Positions 60,805 through 64,000 of a stretch of DNA of 64,000 nucleotides are shown here, piece after piece (position 1 is the stretch's first letter; each line of letters opens with the position of its first letter). Origin of the DNA: Phyllobates terribilis (Eukaryota); the NCBI RefSeq assembly GCF_046119375.1, contig NW_027362768.1, forward strand, positions 56,606,001 to 56,670,000, in the 5' to 3' direction. The translations under genes were made by a program, and so were the position numbers. The notes beneath the pieces were generated by a model. That model was not told the DNA's origin. It did not search any database and was given only the letters and a program-made list of their open reading frames with translations.

Positions 60805-61180
60805 CATAAATGCTGCATTCTGGATCTATGTGATGTCGCCAGCCAATGTTTGCAGTAAAGTTTTGAGTGAGTGTGATGTTGCTGCTTTATCGCTTTGTCA
60901 GTAAAATTTTTATATCCTGATGAAGGGGTCAGTCCAACCCTGAAATGCTTAGATGAAATAGCTAATAAATGATAAACCGTCATGAAATACCAATCGTATC
61001 CATGGAACTTACATTAACAACTGTTTTAATCTCGTAGCTCTGGAAGGCTTCACCACATCATTTTCACTTTGTGGCAGATGGCAGTTGTATATTACATTTT
61101 TCTAAGGCAGCAGCATCACACTCACTCAAAAATGTAATGAAAATGCTGGCTGGCGATTTCACATAGATCCACAGTGCAGA
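60805..61180. repeat. Inverted-repeat element enclosing a hammerhead-like motif
   Basis: Arms at about 60805-60887 and 61086-61180 are imperfect reverse complements. Confidence 0.6.
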
Positions 61181-62761
61181 GATTGTGTGGAGCACAGTCC
61201 AAGACAGCAGGAGGCTGAAGAGCTCATGGGATGGATGGGATTCTTAATTGTGTTTGAGGAGCAACGGGCCATGGGTGAAGGGAGAAGAGAGTTAGTGCTC
61301 AGAATGTTCAAAAGTGGGTATATTACTTTGTGGTGTCACACAAAACTGCGACTTAAATGTGGGGGGCATCAAATGTGGGGCATAAAGCATGGTTGTACCA
61401 ATGATTTGTTGGGTACCAAAGAGGGCAGAAGATGCTTATAGACCCAAGCAATGCAACTGGGCTGCACATCCAAGCAACATGCTGGTAGGTGGGGGCCCTA
61501 AGTCCAATAAATTTGTACTTTAATTACACTCCTGGAAGTATTGTTTAATGTGCTAAAGTTTTGGATTATTCAGGCACATGTGTTCCTTGAAAACAGCAAA
61601 CCTTTTCACCAATAGAGAAAGATTTTGTTTATTTGGCTTTCTCATGAAGATGAATTCGACAGAGAACTGTCACACTTTGGCTGGTTGAAAGATGTAATAA
61701 TTCAATAAAATGTTACATTTTGAAATTAAATATTAAGTAGTGGCTCTATTGGTGTACACAGCAATTAAAAGAATAGAAGCTCAACTCTCCCTTCTGTTAC
61801 AAGAACAGTGGTCAATTGCTGTTGGAAATGAGAGACTCCACACGCTCCATCCAATGTGATTCTATTCTGGATGTTTTCAAAACATCATTATTAAATGGAC
61901 GCTGTACCTTCAGACAACTCGATTTCATTTCATGGATAATGTGAATTTGATAGATAATTTAAATACCCAATCACTTTAGTTAAAAATGATGTTGTCTGAC
62001 CCAAAAGGTCACTCCATAGTATTGGCCACTGAGTGGATCCCTTCAGCCTAACTTGCTGCACACTGGCTGTTGTAAAGTGTAATCCATATCTAGCAGCAAA
62101 GATGGTAAAACGGATTATAGGACGAGGCTGTGGGTCTTAGTCTTTTTGTTCTTCCTCCTTTGTCTGTTAAACTATATAATGGCATAAAAAGTGGCAAGCT
62201 GTAAGTTCAAGGCAGGCAAGCCATTACACTGTGGTAAGAGCAATGAATACTAGGAAATAAAAGAAAAGGAAGTTCCAGCATCTACAATGCTGACAGAGTG
62301 CTGATGAAGAGGAACCGCACAATGAAAAAGAGTGGAAAGTTACAAATCATAAGAATCAGGAGAATTCCTTTATCTAATAGACTGAATGTGCCCAAATATT
62401 TTTGGTGATGAACTCAGCAAGACCATGCTTCTCCATAGATTTTGTGTGAAACTACAGGTACACTTAAAAAATAGTACATCTCCAAATACAAGTCCGGATG
62501 GTAGCAGTACATTCCAAGGAAGCTATGGGAAATTACATACTATATTATGGTAAATTTTCAGTGTTTTTACATCTTCTCTAAATCAGCCCTAAATTTACCT
62601 GTAGGATTCCCCTTTACTTCCTATATGAAATACTGCATATTCAGAGTCTCCTTATTTTTTTTATTTTTTCAAAATCAAAATTACTTCTCGGGTTTTTTAT
62701 AATCTTAGCATTATCTTTCAGAACTAACATCTATTTCTGAAATCCCTTTGCATGCTATGTA

Positions 62762-64000
<1,239 letters not shown>

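Overview
Vertebrate genomic DNA, most likely from a frog (inferred from the repeat families). The only host gene is the 3' calcium-binding-EGF region of hemicentin-1 (hmcn1, + strand): five phase-1 exons at 16067-16201, 56592-56705, 57198-57323, 60279-60407 and 60497-60616. The rest is intronic and dominated by nested transposons, many delimited by exact target-site duplications (TSDs). These include a Penelope element with a hammerhead ribozyme, interrupted by a solo LTR inside a solo LTR; two chromodomain Gypsy elements with Tf1-like self-priming PBSs; a tRNA-Ile-primed Gypsy remnant; a Gmr1-like remnant; a degenerate Helitron; many Tc1, L1, L2, SINE and MITE pieces; and a 10.7 kb hAT element with an intact 1233-aa transposase that carries an 18S rRNA fragment. 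The most notable observations are: (i) an inverted repeat between TATA and the predicted transcription start, kept in four LTRs with different stem sequences; (ii) self-priming PBSs; (iii) the 18S cargo in a potentially active hAT; (iv) apparent genomic absence of an hmcn1 EGF+linker module. Coordinates were counted by hand. Family assignments rest on recalled motifs, not database searches.
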